Source of the DNA: Promethearchaeota archaeon
GTDB taxonomy: Archaea; Asgardarchaeota; Lokiarchaeia; Sigyniarchaeales; SOKP01
Direction of reading: 5' to 3'
DNA: 64,000 bases
Assembly: GCA_019058445.1 (NCBI GenBank)
Contig: JAHPZA010000002.1
Span: 128,415-192,414, forward strand
How positions within the stretch are numbered: position 1 is the first letter of the stretch; each line of letters starts with the position of its first letter. A program made the translations under genes and the position numbers. The notes beneath the pieces are model-generated. The model was not told the origin of the DNA. It saw only the letters and a program-made list of their open reading frames with translations, and ran no database searches. Of the stretch, positions 49,191 to 59,663 are shown piece by piece.

Positions 49191-51425
49191 ATGTCAGAAG
49201 GAGAGACAAATAACGTAGATGGTAAGGAAAAAAGATTCACACTTCGCGTCCAAAAAGCGAAGAAGAGGGATATCGGTAGGAATATTATAAGAATTGATCC
49301 CAAAACTATGGAAGATTTAAACATTCAAACAGGAGATGTAATTGGACTATTTGGTAAAAAAGAAAGTGCCGGTATTGCTTGGCCAAGTTATCCTCAGGAT
49401 AATGGATTAGGAATTGTACGAATTGATTCGAGATTGAGAAAAAATACGGGCACTAGCATCGACGATACCATTGAAATTTTTAAGGTAAATGCCAAGGTTG
49501 CTCAAAACATCGTTTTAGCACCTTCCAGTGTAAAAATAAGAACGAATCCGAGATTTGAATCCTTTGTAAAAAGAAAATTAAATAATTATCCCGTAACACT
49601 TGATGATCTCATCCTAATTTCAATAGGGATCAGTAGAGAGATTACTTTCAAAGTTATTAGTCTCAGACCTAAGGGGATTTGTGTTATTAAACAAGAGTCC
49701 GCATTACATATAAGTGAGCATGTTACTGAAGATGAGGAGAAGGGAGCAGGTTACATAACTTATGAAGATGTCGGTGGTTTGGACAGAGAAATACAAAGAG
49801 TAAGAGAAATGGTGGAATTACCATTACGCCACCCATCTATCTTTAAACGGTTAGGTATTGATCCTCCAAAAGGAGTATTGTTAAGGGGACCTCCCGGATG
49901 TGGAAAAACCTTACTAGCAAGAGCGGTTGCTAATGAAAGTGAAGCTCATTTTATCTCTATAAATGGTCCAGAAATTATGAGTAAATTTTATGGTGAATCA
50001 GAGAAAAAATTACGAAAAATATTTATAGAAGCAGAAGAAAAAAGTCCATCAATTGTTTTCATTGATGAAATTGATGCGATTGCGCCAAAAAGAGAAACAG
50101 TAACAGGTGAAGTTGAGAGAAGGGTCGTGGCTCAATTATTAGCGTTAATGGATGGGTTACACAGTAGGGGAAGGGTTATTGTTATAGGAGCCACGAATAG
50201 ACCAAATAGTTTAGACCCCGCTTTAAGGCGACCTGGGAGATTTGATCGTGAAATTGAAATAAAAGTCCCTAATGAGAAGGGCCGTCGAGAAGTATTTCAA
50301 ATACATACTCGCAACATGCCTCTGGATAAAAAAATCTCTTTAAAAGAGTTTTCTCAAATAACTCATGGATTTGTGGGAGCGGATATTTCAGCAGTGTGTC
50401 GAGAAGCAGCAATGTCAGCCTTGAGAAGATATTTACCGAAAATTAATTTAGAATCAGAGATGATTGACCCAGACCTTTTGGAACAAATAAGTGTAACTAA
50501 GGAAGATTTTGAAGAAGCTTTAAAAGAAGTATTGCCCTCGGGAATAAGAGAAGTATTTGTAGAAGTTCCTAATGTAAAATGGGATCAAGTGGGTGGATTA
50601 GAGGATTTAAAGCAAAGATTAATTGAAGCTGTAGAATGGCCTTTATCGAATCCTAAAATTTTCAAAAGAATGGGAATAACCCCTCCAAAGGGTATTCTGC
50701 TTTATGGACCTCCAGGTTGTGGTAAAACTCTTCTTGCCAGAGCCGTTGCAACTGAAAGTAAGGCAAATTTTATTTCGATAAAAGGTCCAGAACTCCTATC
50801 AAAATGGGTAGGTGAAAGTGAAAAAGCTATTAGAGAAATTTTTCGAAAAGCTAAAATGGCGGCACCTTGTATTGTATTTTTTGATGAATTTGATTCCATT
50901 GCTCCAAGTCGAGGGAGATATACTTCAAGTACAGGAGTGACAGAGAAAGTCCTATCTCAATTTTTAACCGAATTAGATGGATTGGAAGGTATGAAAGATA
51001 TTGTGGTAATTGCAGCAACAAATCGTCCTGATATATTAGATCCCGCTTTAATTCGACCAGGAAGGATAGATCGCATATTATTAGTTCCCGCCCCAGACGA
51101 AAAAACTCAAACTGAAATATTAAAAATATATACTAAAGAAATGCCTTTAGCAACGAATTTAAAAATAGAGGAAATTTTTGATATAATTGATGAAGGTTTT
51201 TCTGGTGCTGATATTGAAACTTTGTGCAGAGAAGCAGCTATGAATGCTTTAAGGGAAAATATTCGAGCAAGAAAAATTACTTTGGACCACTTTAAAGAAG
51301 CCCGGACAGAAATACATCCAACTATTACCCCTGAAATACTTAACTGGTACGAAGAATTTGGCGAAAAACTAAAGAGAAGAAGAATAGAAAAAGAAAAAGA
51401 AACAGAAGAACGTCTATTTGTATAA
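49191..51425 (+). CDS. cdc48: Cdc48/VCP-type AAA+ ATPase
   Basis: N domain plus two AAA modules (GPPGCGKT twice, DEID/DEFD, RPGRFD/RPGRID). Confidence 0.96.
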   Translation: MSEGETNNVDGKEKRFTLRVQKAKKRDIGRNIIRIDPKTMEDLNIQTGDVIGLFGKKESAGIAWPSYPQDNGLGIVRIDSRLRKNTGTSIDDTIEIFKVNAKVAQNIVLAPSSVKIRTNPRFESFVKRKLNNYPVTLDDLILISIGISREITFKVISLRPKGICVIKQESALHISEHVTEDEEKGAGYITYEDVGGLDREIQRVREMVELPLRHPSIFKRLGIDPPKGVLLRGPPGCGKTLLARAVANESEAHFISINGPEIMSKFYGESEKKLRKIFIEAEEKSPSIVFIDEIDAIAPKRETVTGEVERRVVAQLLALMDGLHSRGRVIVIGATNRPNSLDPALRRPGRFDREIEIKVPNEKGRREVFQIHTRNMPLDKKISLKEFSQITHGFVGADISAVCREAAMSALRRYLPKINLESEMIDPDLLEQISVTKEDFEEALKEVLPSGIREVFVEVPNVKWDQVGGLEDLKQRLIEAVEWPLSNPKIFKRMGITPPKGILLYGPPGCGKTLLARAVATESKANFISIKGPELLSKWVGESEKAIREIFRKAKMAAPCIVFFDEFDSIAPSRGRYTSSTGVTEKVLSQFLTELDGLEGMKDIVVIAATNRPDILDPALIRPGRIDRILLVPAPDEKTQTEILKIYTKEMPLATNLKIEEIFDIIDEGFSGADIETLCREAAMNALRENIRARKITLDHFKEARTEIHPTITPEILNWYEEFGEKLKRRRIEKEKETEERLFV

Positions 51426-51540
51426 TATTAAAAATATTAATTATGAATTAAATATTAAACGTGATAACTTGAATTTTCTTGTTTTTTAATTAATAAATTA
51501 TAGTAAAACTAAAAAAATTAAAGTAGAAAGGTGAAAAATT

Positions 51541-51813
51541 ATAGAAGCACATCGTTGGAATCAAAAACCGATTTTAAACTCGATAATTGATATCCTTGTA
51601 AAAAATAAAGGAGAGATAATGGATAAGAGAATAGAAGAATTACTTAAAAAAGAATTTCCTTTTGTCAATTCATTATACTTAGAAGAAACCTTCATGAAAT
51701 TAGAATCAATGAATATAATAAATGTATTTAGAGTTTCTAAGAATAAAAAAATGATTGTTCTCAACAAACATAATAATTTGATTAGCGAAAAGTTAATGGA
51801 AGACTTACGTTAA
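51541..51813 (+). CDS. Small winged-helix protein downstream of cdc48 (probable ATA start)
   Basis: In-frame extension (M)EAHRWNQKPILNSIIDILVKNKGEI before ATG 51619, preceded by SD AGGTGA; MKLESMNIINV helix-wing pattern. Confidence 0.65.
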   Translation: MEAHRWNQKPILNSIIDILVKNKGEIMDKRIEELLKKEFPFVNSLYLEETFMKLESMNIINVFRVSKNKKMIVLNKHNNLISEKLMEDLR

Positions 51814-53330
51814 CTCGTTTTTTCCCATTTTAAGCACACATCTGTAAGTGATAGGTTTTCAATTTTGGATTTAAAGTTTCTTTCTCTAATATCGATAAAA
51901 ATTGGGTAATTAACAGCATTTCCTATTAACAACATTTCACCTACTCCCAAACTTGAAATCATATCGGCATATTCTTTTGATATTGCTTCAGAACTATCCA
52001 TTAAATGTTTTAAATCGTATGGATTTTTTATATTCAAAACCATTTTTGAGTTTAATTGAGATAACACAGTGGCACTCAATTTCTTTGGTCGTTGAGAAAT
52101 TAAACATAAGCATGCCATAAACTTTCTTCCCTCTCTGGCAATAGTTTCTATTATTGATTTAGAAATTGCTTTGGAATGTGCTGCTTCTGGGCAGAACTGG
52201 TGAGCTTCTTCTAAGATCAATAAGAAAGGAGGTATATTCTCGGTTCTCCTGAGGTAAAATAACCGATTGCAAAGATAATCAACAATAATTTGTTTTTTTC
52301 TTATACTAATTTCATTGGCAAGATTAAATATGGTAATTTGATTTTGATTAACAATATTGGCGATAAATGGATTTTCTTGAGGTCCAAATAAAGTTAAGCG
52401 ATGTAAATCTGATAACCACCCAATTAAGGCTTGTTTAGTACTTTTACTGCCCTCAGATTCATTTTCAATAGAGTCAATAATGTCTTGTAAGGTAAATTTC
52501 CCCTTTCTGCCTTTATCATTTTTCAATTTTTGAATATATTTAGAGAGTTCTCTAACTTGAACGTTGGAAATCTGGTCTTGATATTTTCTAAACGTCCATG
52601 CACTTAAGTTAGGTACAGCAATTTGAAAATAGGAAATGTCTTGTATAGCTACTTTATCTTGAAGTTTGGGAACATCTTTTAAATAAAGATACTCTCCATG
52701 TACATCAATTAAAATGATTGCCGGATTCCCATAAGATGTATCTCTTGTTAAAAGCTCTTCTATAAGAATAGATGTAAGATAACTTTTGCCCCCTCCCGAA
52801 ATTGAAAGAATAGCAAAATGTTTATTTAGTAATCGATCCATGTTGATTTTTGCTTCAAAATTAGAAACTTTAATATTTCCTAAATAGAGTCCTCGTTTTA
52901 TATCTAGTCCAATGAATTGGTTAAAAACATTTTCATCTAATAAATGAACATCTGCTCCGGGATTAGCGGGGTATGACATTCTTTTAATCGCTTTGATCTC
53001 CTTATTATCTCCATTTTTAAATTGAATGATTCCTAAGCACTTCACAATGGCCGTAGCAAATTCAAAATCATCACTTGGAAATAAACCCTTTAAGATATTT
53101 GGATTAGTATTACTATTGTATGACTTAATCGTTAAAGCATCAGAAAAATATTCATTTAATAAGAGTATTTGTTCAATAACACCTATTAAATAACCTTCAT
53201 TTGATTTGGTATAAACAAATAATCCCTTTTTTACTAAAATTTTATCTCTCCTTTTACTAATAACAAAAGGAAATTTTGATACATCCGGTAATTGATTAAA
53301 ATTAAAAATCGTACCAATTTTCGAAGGCAT
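51810..53330 (-). CDS. HerA-like (DUF87) ATPase
   Basis: N-terminal HAS-barrel-like region, KHFAILSISGGGKS, DVHGEY, LEEAH, REGRKF, SQRP. Confidence 0.85.
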   Translation of the reverse strand: MPSKIGTIFNFNQLPDVSKFPFVISKRRDKILVKKGLFVYTKSNEGYLIGVIEQILLLNEYFSDALTIKSYNSNTNPNILKGLFPSDDFEFATAIVKCLGIIQFKNGDNKEIKAIKRMSYPANPGADVHLLDENVFNQFIGLDIKRGLYLGNIKVSNFEAKINMDRLLNKHFAILSISGGGKSYLTSILIEELLTRDTSYGNPAIILIDVHGEYLYLKDVPKLQDKVAIQDISYFQIAVPNLSAWTFRKYQDQISNVQVRELSKYIQKLKNDKGRKGKFTLQDIIDSIENESEGSKSTKQALIGWLSDLHRLTLFGPQENPFIANIVNQNQITIFNLANEISIRKKQIIVDYLCNRLFYLRRTENIPPFLLILEEAHQFCPEAAHSKAISKSIIETIAREGRKFMACLCLISQRPKKLSATVLSQLNSKMVLNIKNPYDLKHLMDSSEAISKEYADMISSLGVGEMLLIGNAVNYPIFIDIRERNFKSKIENLSLTDVCLKWEKTS

Positions 53331-53411
53331 TATAATTTATAGTCTACAAAAAACATAAATTCACTTTATTTGAGATAAAGGTATAAAAGGAATAAATATA
53401 AAGAAGATAGG

Positions 53412-53429
53412 AGTCAAAATTTTTTGACT
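53412..53429. terminator. Short inverted repeat between two minus-strand genes (terminator or operator)
   Basis: AGTCAAAA-TT-TTTTGACT. Confidence 0.3.
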
Positions 53430-53459
53430 TATATTAAAAAAAAGAAATAAAGGATTTAT

Positions 53460-54053
53460 TTAATCATCTTCTTCTAAATCTTTTATCATGCGGAGTATAA
53501 GGTAATAACCATTGTACCAGAGGTAATTAAGAAAAAATACCAAACCTATAATTAATAGCATAATCATCCCAATAAACAAGACAATTTGTCCTTGCGAAAG
53601 CTCAGCGAATATCGTGCTAAGTGTTGTTCTCTCTCCACTTGGAGAAGGGCTGGTGAACGTATCGTAAATTATCGCAGTAAGAATACCGATTATTATTGCA
53701 AAAATACTAAACATTAATGCTCCTGCCGCTATTCTTACACCCCAGCGATTTCTATATTTGTCCTGGTAATGTTTCTTCCTAAAGATATTTCTTAAGATCA
53801 TAGTTCTTCCTTTCTTATACAGTCCAAAAAAGTAAACTACTAGGAAGAATAACCCGGCTAATAACGTTCCGATGACTGCGATTTGGTACCCGAAGTTTAA
53901 ACTTAAGAATAGCTCCATTTTTCCCGTAGCCATAACGATGTCCGCGATTGTATACACAATACCCGCGATTATGATGATTATGGTTATTGTGATCGCGATA
54001 TAGAAAATCATTGCAACCGTCTTTTGTTTCTTTGAAAAGTGAATTTCACTCAT
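53460..54053 (-). CDS. Four-TM membrane protein with internal duplication
   Basis: Two copies of F..L..G.q(I)..IG......LV..f..L...G...ILR.I. Confidence 0.65.
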   Translation of the reverse strand: MSEIHFSKKQKTVAMIFYIAITITIIIIIAGIVYTIADIVMATGKMELFLSLNFGYQIAVIGTLLAGLFFLVVYFFGLYKKGRTMILRNIFRKKHYQDKYRNRWGVRIAAGALMFSIFAIIIGILTAIIYDTFTSPSPSGERTTLSTIFAELSQGQIVLFIGMIMLLIIGLVFFLNYLWYNGYYLILRMIKDLEEDD

Positions 54054-54266
54054 AAATTTTTCAAATCTAAATGTTTTTTAATGTTTTTGTTATTTAAATA
54101 AAAGAATGACCTTTCAGATATTTAAAATTGATTATATCGTTCATTATAAATTTTACTTTTTGTTTGGTGGGTTTCTAAATATGGTAATGCCTCACATAAA
54201 AAATATGATGCAATTAGAAAAGAAATCGCAAAAAAGGATGGTGTTATTAAAAAAAGAAAAGTGGTA

Positions 54267-55799
54267 TTACGAATCTTTTATTTGATTTAAATCGTTAAAT
54301 TGTTTATATATATTGTTGCTTTTTAACAAATTATATACGTTATAGGAAAACTGATAAATTTGATCATAGATTTTATAATTATTTTCATTAGGAACCCATT
54401 TCTTATCAACTTTACATAGATTTTCCGCAGCTTTTGCTACATCTGGGAAAATTCCCGCTCCAGAAGCCGCTAAAATAGCCGCACCTAAAGAGGTTGCTTC
54501 TTCAATAACATTTCTTACACATGTTATTCCCAATACATCCGCATAAATTTGATTCCAGAAATCAGAACGGGAACCTCCACCAGTAAGCAACAACTCTTTT
54601 GGTTCAATTCCGAGTTCTTTAAAAACTTGGATATTTTTTTTCACTTCAAAGGCAACGCCCTCAAGTACTGCCCGATATAGATCTCTTCGTTGGTGACCTA
54701 GCGATAATCCAAATAAAATACCTTTCGCAAACGGATTCCAATGTGGTGCCCCCGCCCCGATTAAATGTGGAATTAGCATTAAACCGTTTGCACCAATTGG
54801 AGATTTTTCAGCCTCAGCTGTTATGATATCATAGGGATCTTGTCCTTCTGCAGCGGCCATACATTCAGGCTGTCCGATTTGATCCCTAAACCACCTTAAC
54901 ACTGCTCCAGAAGTGAAAATACTAGCTTCTTGAACCCATACGCCAGGAATCGCATGACAGCTACACAAAACTCTTTTTTCTGGATCAAACTTTGGCGCGC
55001 TTAAATAGGCCAGAATGAAACTACCCGTTCCTGTTGTACATTTTATTTCACCAGGAGACACGACTCCAACTCCTAATGCAGCAGACTGTTGATCTCCGGC
55101 ACCCGAGACTACTAATGTCTTTTTATCAAAATCCGTTTCTTCAGTAATAATTTCTCCAATATCTACCCCACTCTCAACTGGCTCGGGCATTTTATCTAAA
55201 TCAAGTCCCATCTCAGAAGCTATTTCTTCAGAATACTTCAAATTATTAATATCAAATAGCATAGTTCTGCTGAGATTGCTATGATCACTGACAAATCTAC
55301 CAGTTAACTTATAAATAATAAAATCAGAAACCAATAGAAATTTATGAGTATTATTATAGATATTTGGCTTTTTATCCTTAAACCACAAGATTTTAGTGGC
55401 AGAGAAATAGGGATCAATTGTTAAACCAGTCGTTTTATATACTTTATCGGCTCCAATCTTATTTTTAATAAATTCAACCTGATCTGTGGTACGTCTATCC
55501 TGCCATACTAATGCGTTATGAAGTGGATTACCCTCTCTATCTACGGGAACAATGGTTTCTCTCTGGTTTGTAACCGATAATGACACAATTTCACTTTTAT
55601 CGATGCCACTTTTTTTAATTGCTGCTTCTATAGTTTTTTTAATTGAATCCCACCAAGAATTCGCATCTTGTTCAACATGCGACGGAGTTGGATAAAAACT
55701 TTCCCATTCTTGATAATCACTTGCTATAACATCTCCAACTAAATTAAAGATGAAAGTCCTACATCCCGTAGTCCCCAAATCTAAAGCTGCAATATACAT
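54267..55799 (-). CDS. FGGY-family carbohydrate kinase (xylulokinase/glycerol kinase-like)
   Basis: DLGTT, NQRET, WQDRRT, GDQQ, GTGSF, GAPHW, GGGS. Confidence 0.92.
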   Translation of the reverse strand: MYIAALDLGTTGCRTFIFNLVGDVIASDYQEWESFYPTPSHVEQDANSWWDSIKKTIEAAIKKSGIDKSEIVSLSVTNQRETIVPVDREGNPLHNALVWQDRRTTDQVEFIKNKIGADKVYKTTGLTIDPYFSATKILWFKDKKPNIYNNTHKFLLVSDFIIYKLTGRFVSDHSNLSRTMLFDINNLKYSEEIASEMGLDLDKMPEPVESGVDIGEIITEETDFDKKTLVVSGAGDQQSAALGVGVVSPGEIKCTTGTGSFILAYLSAPKFDPEKRVLCSCHAIPGVWVQEASIFTSGAVLRWFRDQIGQPECMAAAEGQDPYDIITAEAEKSPIGANGLMLIPHLIGAGAPHWNPFAKGILFGLSLGHQRRDLYRAVLEGVAFEVKKNIQVFKELGIEPKELLLTGGGSRSDFWNQIYADVLGITCVRNVIEEATSLGAAILAASGAGIFPDVAKAAENLCKVDKKWVPNENNYKIYDQIYQFSYNVYNLLKSNNIYKQFNDLNQIKDS

Positions 55800-55888
55800 G
55801 CTAACATCTCTTTTTACTTTTTAATATTATAAAAATAATTATTGATTTTATAAAAATCATTATTAAGCTTTTAAAAAGTGAAATTTAA

Positions 55889-56560
55889 TTATTTCCTTTT
55901 TTCATACCCACATCGAGGACATACTAATTTACCAAATCCAACTCTATAATCCTTTATTTCTGACATAAATGAATTACACACTGGACATCTCGGGTCAAAA
56001 GAAGGATACCACGCTCCTTGAATATTAGGAACATCTTTTAATCCTCTTAGATAATTTAATTTTTCGAGATAATTTTTATCCGCGCGAAAAAGTTGGTGCT
56101 CCTCGGCTATAGATTTTCCTCTGGGTGATAGGACCATTAAAAATCTCATTTTTGAGGGATTGGTTAAGAGAGAGAGCGTTCTTAAGATCGCTTCTTTTCC
56201 ATGTTCAGAAAATAGTTTTGATAATTCTGGTGGAGCAAGTCCTACTAATATACCTTGCTCTTCAACTTTCTGAAATAAAAATTGAAACATCCTTCTATGA
56301 TCATCAAAAGCCCAAAGGAAGTTCCAGTTAGATATGTCATAATCCTCATTTTTAGGACCAATAATTCTTTTAATGCTCTGAACCCACATATAGTGATTAT
56401 ACTCAAGTATTTTTGAGTTCAAATCATCAAAAAATGAGGGTTCAATGACTGGATATGTCTTTAACACGCTTTTTAACGAGAGTATTCTTATCTGGGTTAG
56501 CTGATTTGTATCGAGATTATCCCATGGAGTTTCTGTATATACCAAAAAAAAATCTGTCAT
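55889..56560 (-). CDS. Hypothetical protein with C-terminal zinc ribbon
   Basis: CPVC...CPRCGY at the C-terminus. Confidence 0.65.
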   Translation of the reverse strand: MTDFFLVYTETPWDNLDTNQLTQIRILSLKSVLKTYPVIEPSFFDDLNSKILEYNHYMWVQSIKRIIGPKNEDYDISNWNFLWAFDDHRRMFQFLFQKVEEQGILVGLAPPELSKLFSEHGKEAILRTLSLLTNPSKMRFLMVLSPRGKSIAEEHQLFRADKNYLEKLNYLRGLKDVPNIQGAWYPSFDPRCPVCNSFMSEIKDYRVGFGKLVCPRCGYEKRK

Positions 56561-56607
56561 TATATTAGATAAGCATTTTGTGTAAATAAATTCATTTTAC
56601 GAATAAA

Positions 56608-57828
56608 TTATTTAAAAAATTGTTTAATTTGAAATCTATCAGAAATTATATCATCTATAAATATTATTTGGAATTTTTTAGATATTCCAAGCTCATTTAG
56701 CTGGTTTTTTCCAATATTCATAATATCATTTTTATTTGATTTATGAGCATTAATAACAATTATATAATTATTATAACAATTCCATCCTTCGTTCTCATTT
56801 AAATAATATTGAATGGTGTTTTCTTTAAATTTCGATTGGAATTCCCTACTAATCCTATCATCATCGATCATATCATCTTCAAATAAAAGATAATCTAAAA
56901 TAATCTCTGAATTAGTTTTATTTTTTAATATTGCTATGCCTTTCTGCTTTTGCTTCTCAAAATTAAATTGTATTTCTTTATCTAAGCCCTTTTGATAAAG
57001 TTTGAATAATAGATATTGGAAGTCTTTAAAAGTTGCCTCATTAGCTTCTTGAATTTTATTCTCTATTATTAGTTTAAAACTTTCGTTAAGTTCATAACCC
57101 ACCCCTTTTCTAAATAGACATTTTGCGACTTTAAGGGTTGTTCCGCTACCCACGAATGGATCTAATATGGTATCTCCAATAAATGAAAACATACGAATGA
57201 TCCTATATGGCAATTCTTCAGGGAACATCGCAATATGTTCCTTTTGGACGATTCCGGGAAATCTCCAATGGCCAGTATACCATTTTTTCCATTCGCTTAA
57301 TGCAATTTTAGACAATTCTTTAATTTGTGGATTGATTTTCTTCTTTTTCCCTTTATGTTTTTTAAAAATAAGAATGTGTTCATAATCATAAGTCAATAAT
57401 CCATTTCGAGGATAATAAATGGAGCCCATTAAAGAACAACCCCCCGTAGTATTGGTCGTGCTGATTTTTTGCCAAATGATATCTCCTAAAAAGTCAAATC
57501 CTAATTCTACACAGTCAGTTATTATTCTGCTGGCAATAGAAAGTATTCTATAACGGCCATATTGAGTAGTTCTTAAATATTGGTCGCCTACATTAATTAC
57601 CATTCTACATTTTGGTTCCAAAACACGGTAACACTCTTTCCATACGCTCTTAAGTCTTTTAAAATAGTCTTCAAAAGAATCAAAAAAGCCAATTTGATCA
57701 TTTAATCCATAATCCTTAATTTTACCATATGGAGGAGATGTTAAGATTAATTGAACGGAATTATCTTCCAGTTCCTCCATACTTTCAGAAGATTTATAAT
57801 AAATATGAGGTTCAGTGATTTGAAACAA
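56608..57828 (-). CDS. Beta-class N4-C/N6-A DNA methyltransferase with C-terminal extension
   Basis: TSPPY precedes HIAMFP and DPFVGSGTT; about 140 extra C-terminal residues. Confidence 0.88.
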   Translation of the reverse strand: MFQITEPHIYYKSSESMEELEDNSVQLILTSPPYGKIKDYGLNDQIGFFDSFEDYFKRLKSVWKECYRVLEPKCRMVINVGDQYLRTTQYGRYRILSIASRIITDCVELGFDFLGDIIWQKISTTNTTGGCSLMGSIYYPRNGLLTYDYEHILIFKKHKGKKKKINPQIKELSKIALSEWKKWYTGHWRFPGIVQKEHIAMFPEELPYRIIRMFSFIGDTILDPFVGSGTTLKVAKCLFRKGVGYELNESFKLIIENKIQEANEATFKDFQYLLFKLYQKGLDKEIQFNFEKQKQKGIAILKNKTNSEIILDYLLFEDDMIDDDRISREFQSKFKENTIQYYLNENEGWNCYNNYIIVINAHKSNKNDIMNIGKNQLNELGISKKFQIIFIDDIISDRFQIKQFFK

Positions 57829-57983
57829 TTTTTTGCCAATTATTATATATTTCTATTTATTCATTAATTAATTTCCCAATAATTAATTTTTTTTATTATC
57901 TATTTGATTTAAATTATAAAAAATAGATTTAAAAGCCAAAGTAATTTTTTTCAGATTAGAGAGAGATTGAGCTAGATAAACTT

Positions 57984-59132
57984 ATGAGTGGAATTTGGGA
58001 CATTAAAGCCGATGTTGTATCAGAAGGTGACAACTTAAGAGATGTTTCACCCTTAACCAGTAAAACACGCAAGGACAAGGATGGATATACTCATTATGTT
58101 TTTAGCAAAGTTATGTTTAATAATAAATGGTATGTTATTCCGGAAGATGACTTTGAATTATTTGAAAAATTTGTAGAGGGAGGATCGCGGGAATATCCTT
58201 CTGATGGAAGTATACCTTGCGATATTGTAGCAGGTCAGGCGAGAAAAGTGCTTAATGAATTAGTGGCATGTTCTAATGATCCGAATCACTATTACTGCGA
58301 AGATGCTCGTGACGCGCTAAAACATGGTAAATTTGCAGTGGTGAGAGGTACACTAAAATTATATTTAGGGAAATATACTACACGAGATTGGAGAAGAAAG
58401 AGATTTACGGATGATATAGATTTTTGGACATTTCAAACCTCATTATTAGATTCTACGCTAAAAAGTTGTAATTTTATAAAAAATCAAGACGGCGAGTGGG
58501 AAAAAAAGGTTGAATGGGTTAATCCCGATAAAAAAAAAACAAGAAATGATATTCTCTTTGCTGCGAACAACTTAAATCAATTGCTAGATTTTGGTGCTGG
58601 AGCATATCTTGAAGGATCGAGCCTCAAAGAAATTTTCGCGAAAAAAATCAAAAGAGGTCATGATGTCGATATCAGTGATATTATCAACGTTGCAATGGTG
58701 AACGACGGGATTACGGGAAAAAATAAGGATGAATGGCTACAAGCATGGTCCGCTTTCGAGGAAGCTGCAAATACTAGAAATTCAAGGACAACTTCTAACT
58801 TAATTAGTTTATGCCGATCCTCACTGGCCATTGCAGACCATCTTAAGAGAGTAAGTGAGGCATTAAAAAAATATAATGACCTCATTTTCGATAAAGAAAA
58901 ATATCCGGATGAGAAATTAAAGTGGATTTGTAGAACATCTATTCATTGGGAAAAATTTCTTGAAAAGAATGGAGGGGAAGAAACGAGAAAAATGCTCCAT
59001 TTTTTTTATCATCAAGAAGCGGAAGAAAAACCAATCCATGCTGCTAATTTAAGAAATTTTGCTTATAAAATTCTGGAGCTGCTTAACTCTAGATATAATT
59101 ATTTAAAAGTTAAATTTGAAATTGAAGATTAG
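57984..59132 (+). CDS. Putative nucleotidyltransferase (AbiEii/MenT-like motif)
   Basis: VVRGTLKLYL..R..RFTDDIDF and KIKRGHDVDISDI resemble the GG.al..R.T.DiD and K..R..D..D motifs. Confidence 0.5.
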   Translation: MSGIWDIKADVVSEGDNLRDVSPLTSKTRKDKDGYTHYVFSKVMFNNKWYVIPEDDFELFEKFVEGGSREYPSDGSIPCDIVAGQARKVLNELVACSNDPNHYYCEDARDALKHGKFAVVRGTLKLYLGKYTTRDWRRKRFTDDIDFWTFQTSLLDSTLKSCNFIKNQDGEWEKKVEWVNPDKKKTRNDILFAANNLNQLLDFGAGAYLEGSSLKEIFAKKIKRGHDVDISDIINVAMVNDGITGKNKDEWLQAWSAFEEAANTRNSRTTSNLISLCRSSLAIADHLKRVSEALKKYNDLIFDKEKYPDEKLKWICRTSIHWEKFLEKNGGEETRKMLHFFYHQEAEEKPIHAANLRNFAYKILELLNSRYNYLKVKFEIED

Positions 59133-59216
59133 TTTACAACCAAAAAGGATATTTTTGTTAATTATTCATATTTTATAGCCCTAACTTTTAATAACTTAAA
59201 TATTCATATCTAAAAC

Positions 59217-59513
59217 ATGCCAAAATTTAAAGTAGTAATTAAAAAGGATTGCTTTTTCTGCGACAAACTTAAAGAATGGCTAGCTGATAAAAAAATTGAC
59301 GTGACCTTTTTAGATTATTTAGATCCTAAAGATTTTGACGATCCTCTCATGAAAAATCAGACTTTTTACACTATCTATTGTGATTTTTCAGCCTGTGTTG
59401 AATCTATTCCTATTGTGGTTAAAAACGATAAAGAATTTTATTATGGGGAGCTATGGGACTTAGTGAATAATCAGATAATTGAGGAGAAAGCGAAAGAAAT
59501 TTTTGAAATTTAA
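59217..59513 (+). CDS. Glutaredoxin-like protein
   Basis: CFFC near the N-terminus; cis-Pro-like ESIP. Confidence 0.7.
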   Translation: MPKFKVVIKKDCFFCDKLKEWLADKKIDVTFLDYLDPKDFDDPLMKNQTFYTIYCDFSACVESIPIVVKNDKEFYYGELWDLVNNQIIEEKAKEIFEI

Positions 59514-59663
59514 TTCTATTATATCATTGTAACATCTCAGTATAGCGAACTACTCGTGAAATGAGTGTTTCACGATCTAATTCCTTTATCTAATTATCAT
59601 TACACTTTTATTTTTTTAATTCTTTTGAAATTTAAATCAGATTATAAAGGAATCTAATTAATA

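Noticed and set aside
59514-59663. SECIS element after the glutaredoxin-like gene
   Set aside because: The upstream ORF has CFFC and no in-frame TGA, and the hairpin is too short for a SECIS with a kink-turn core.
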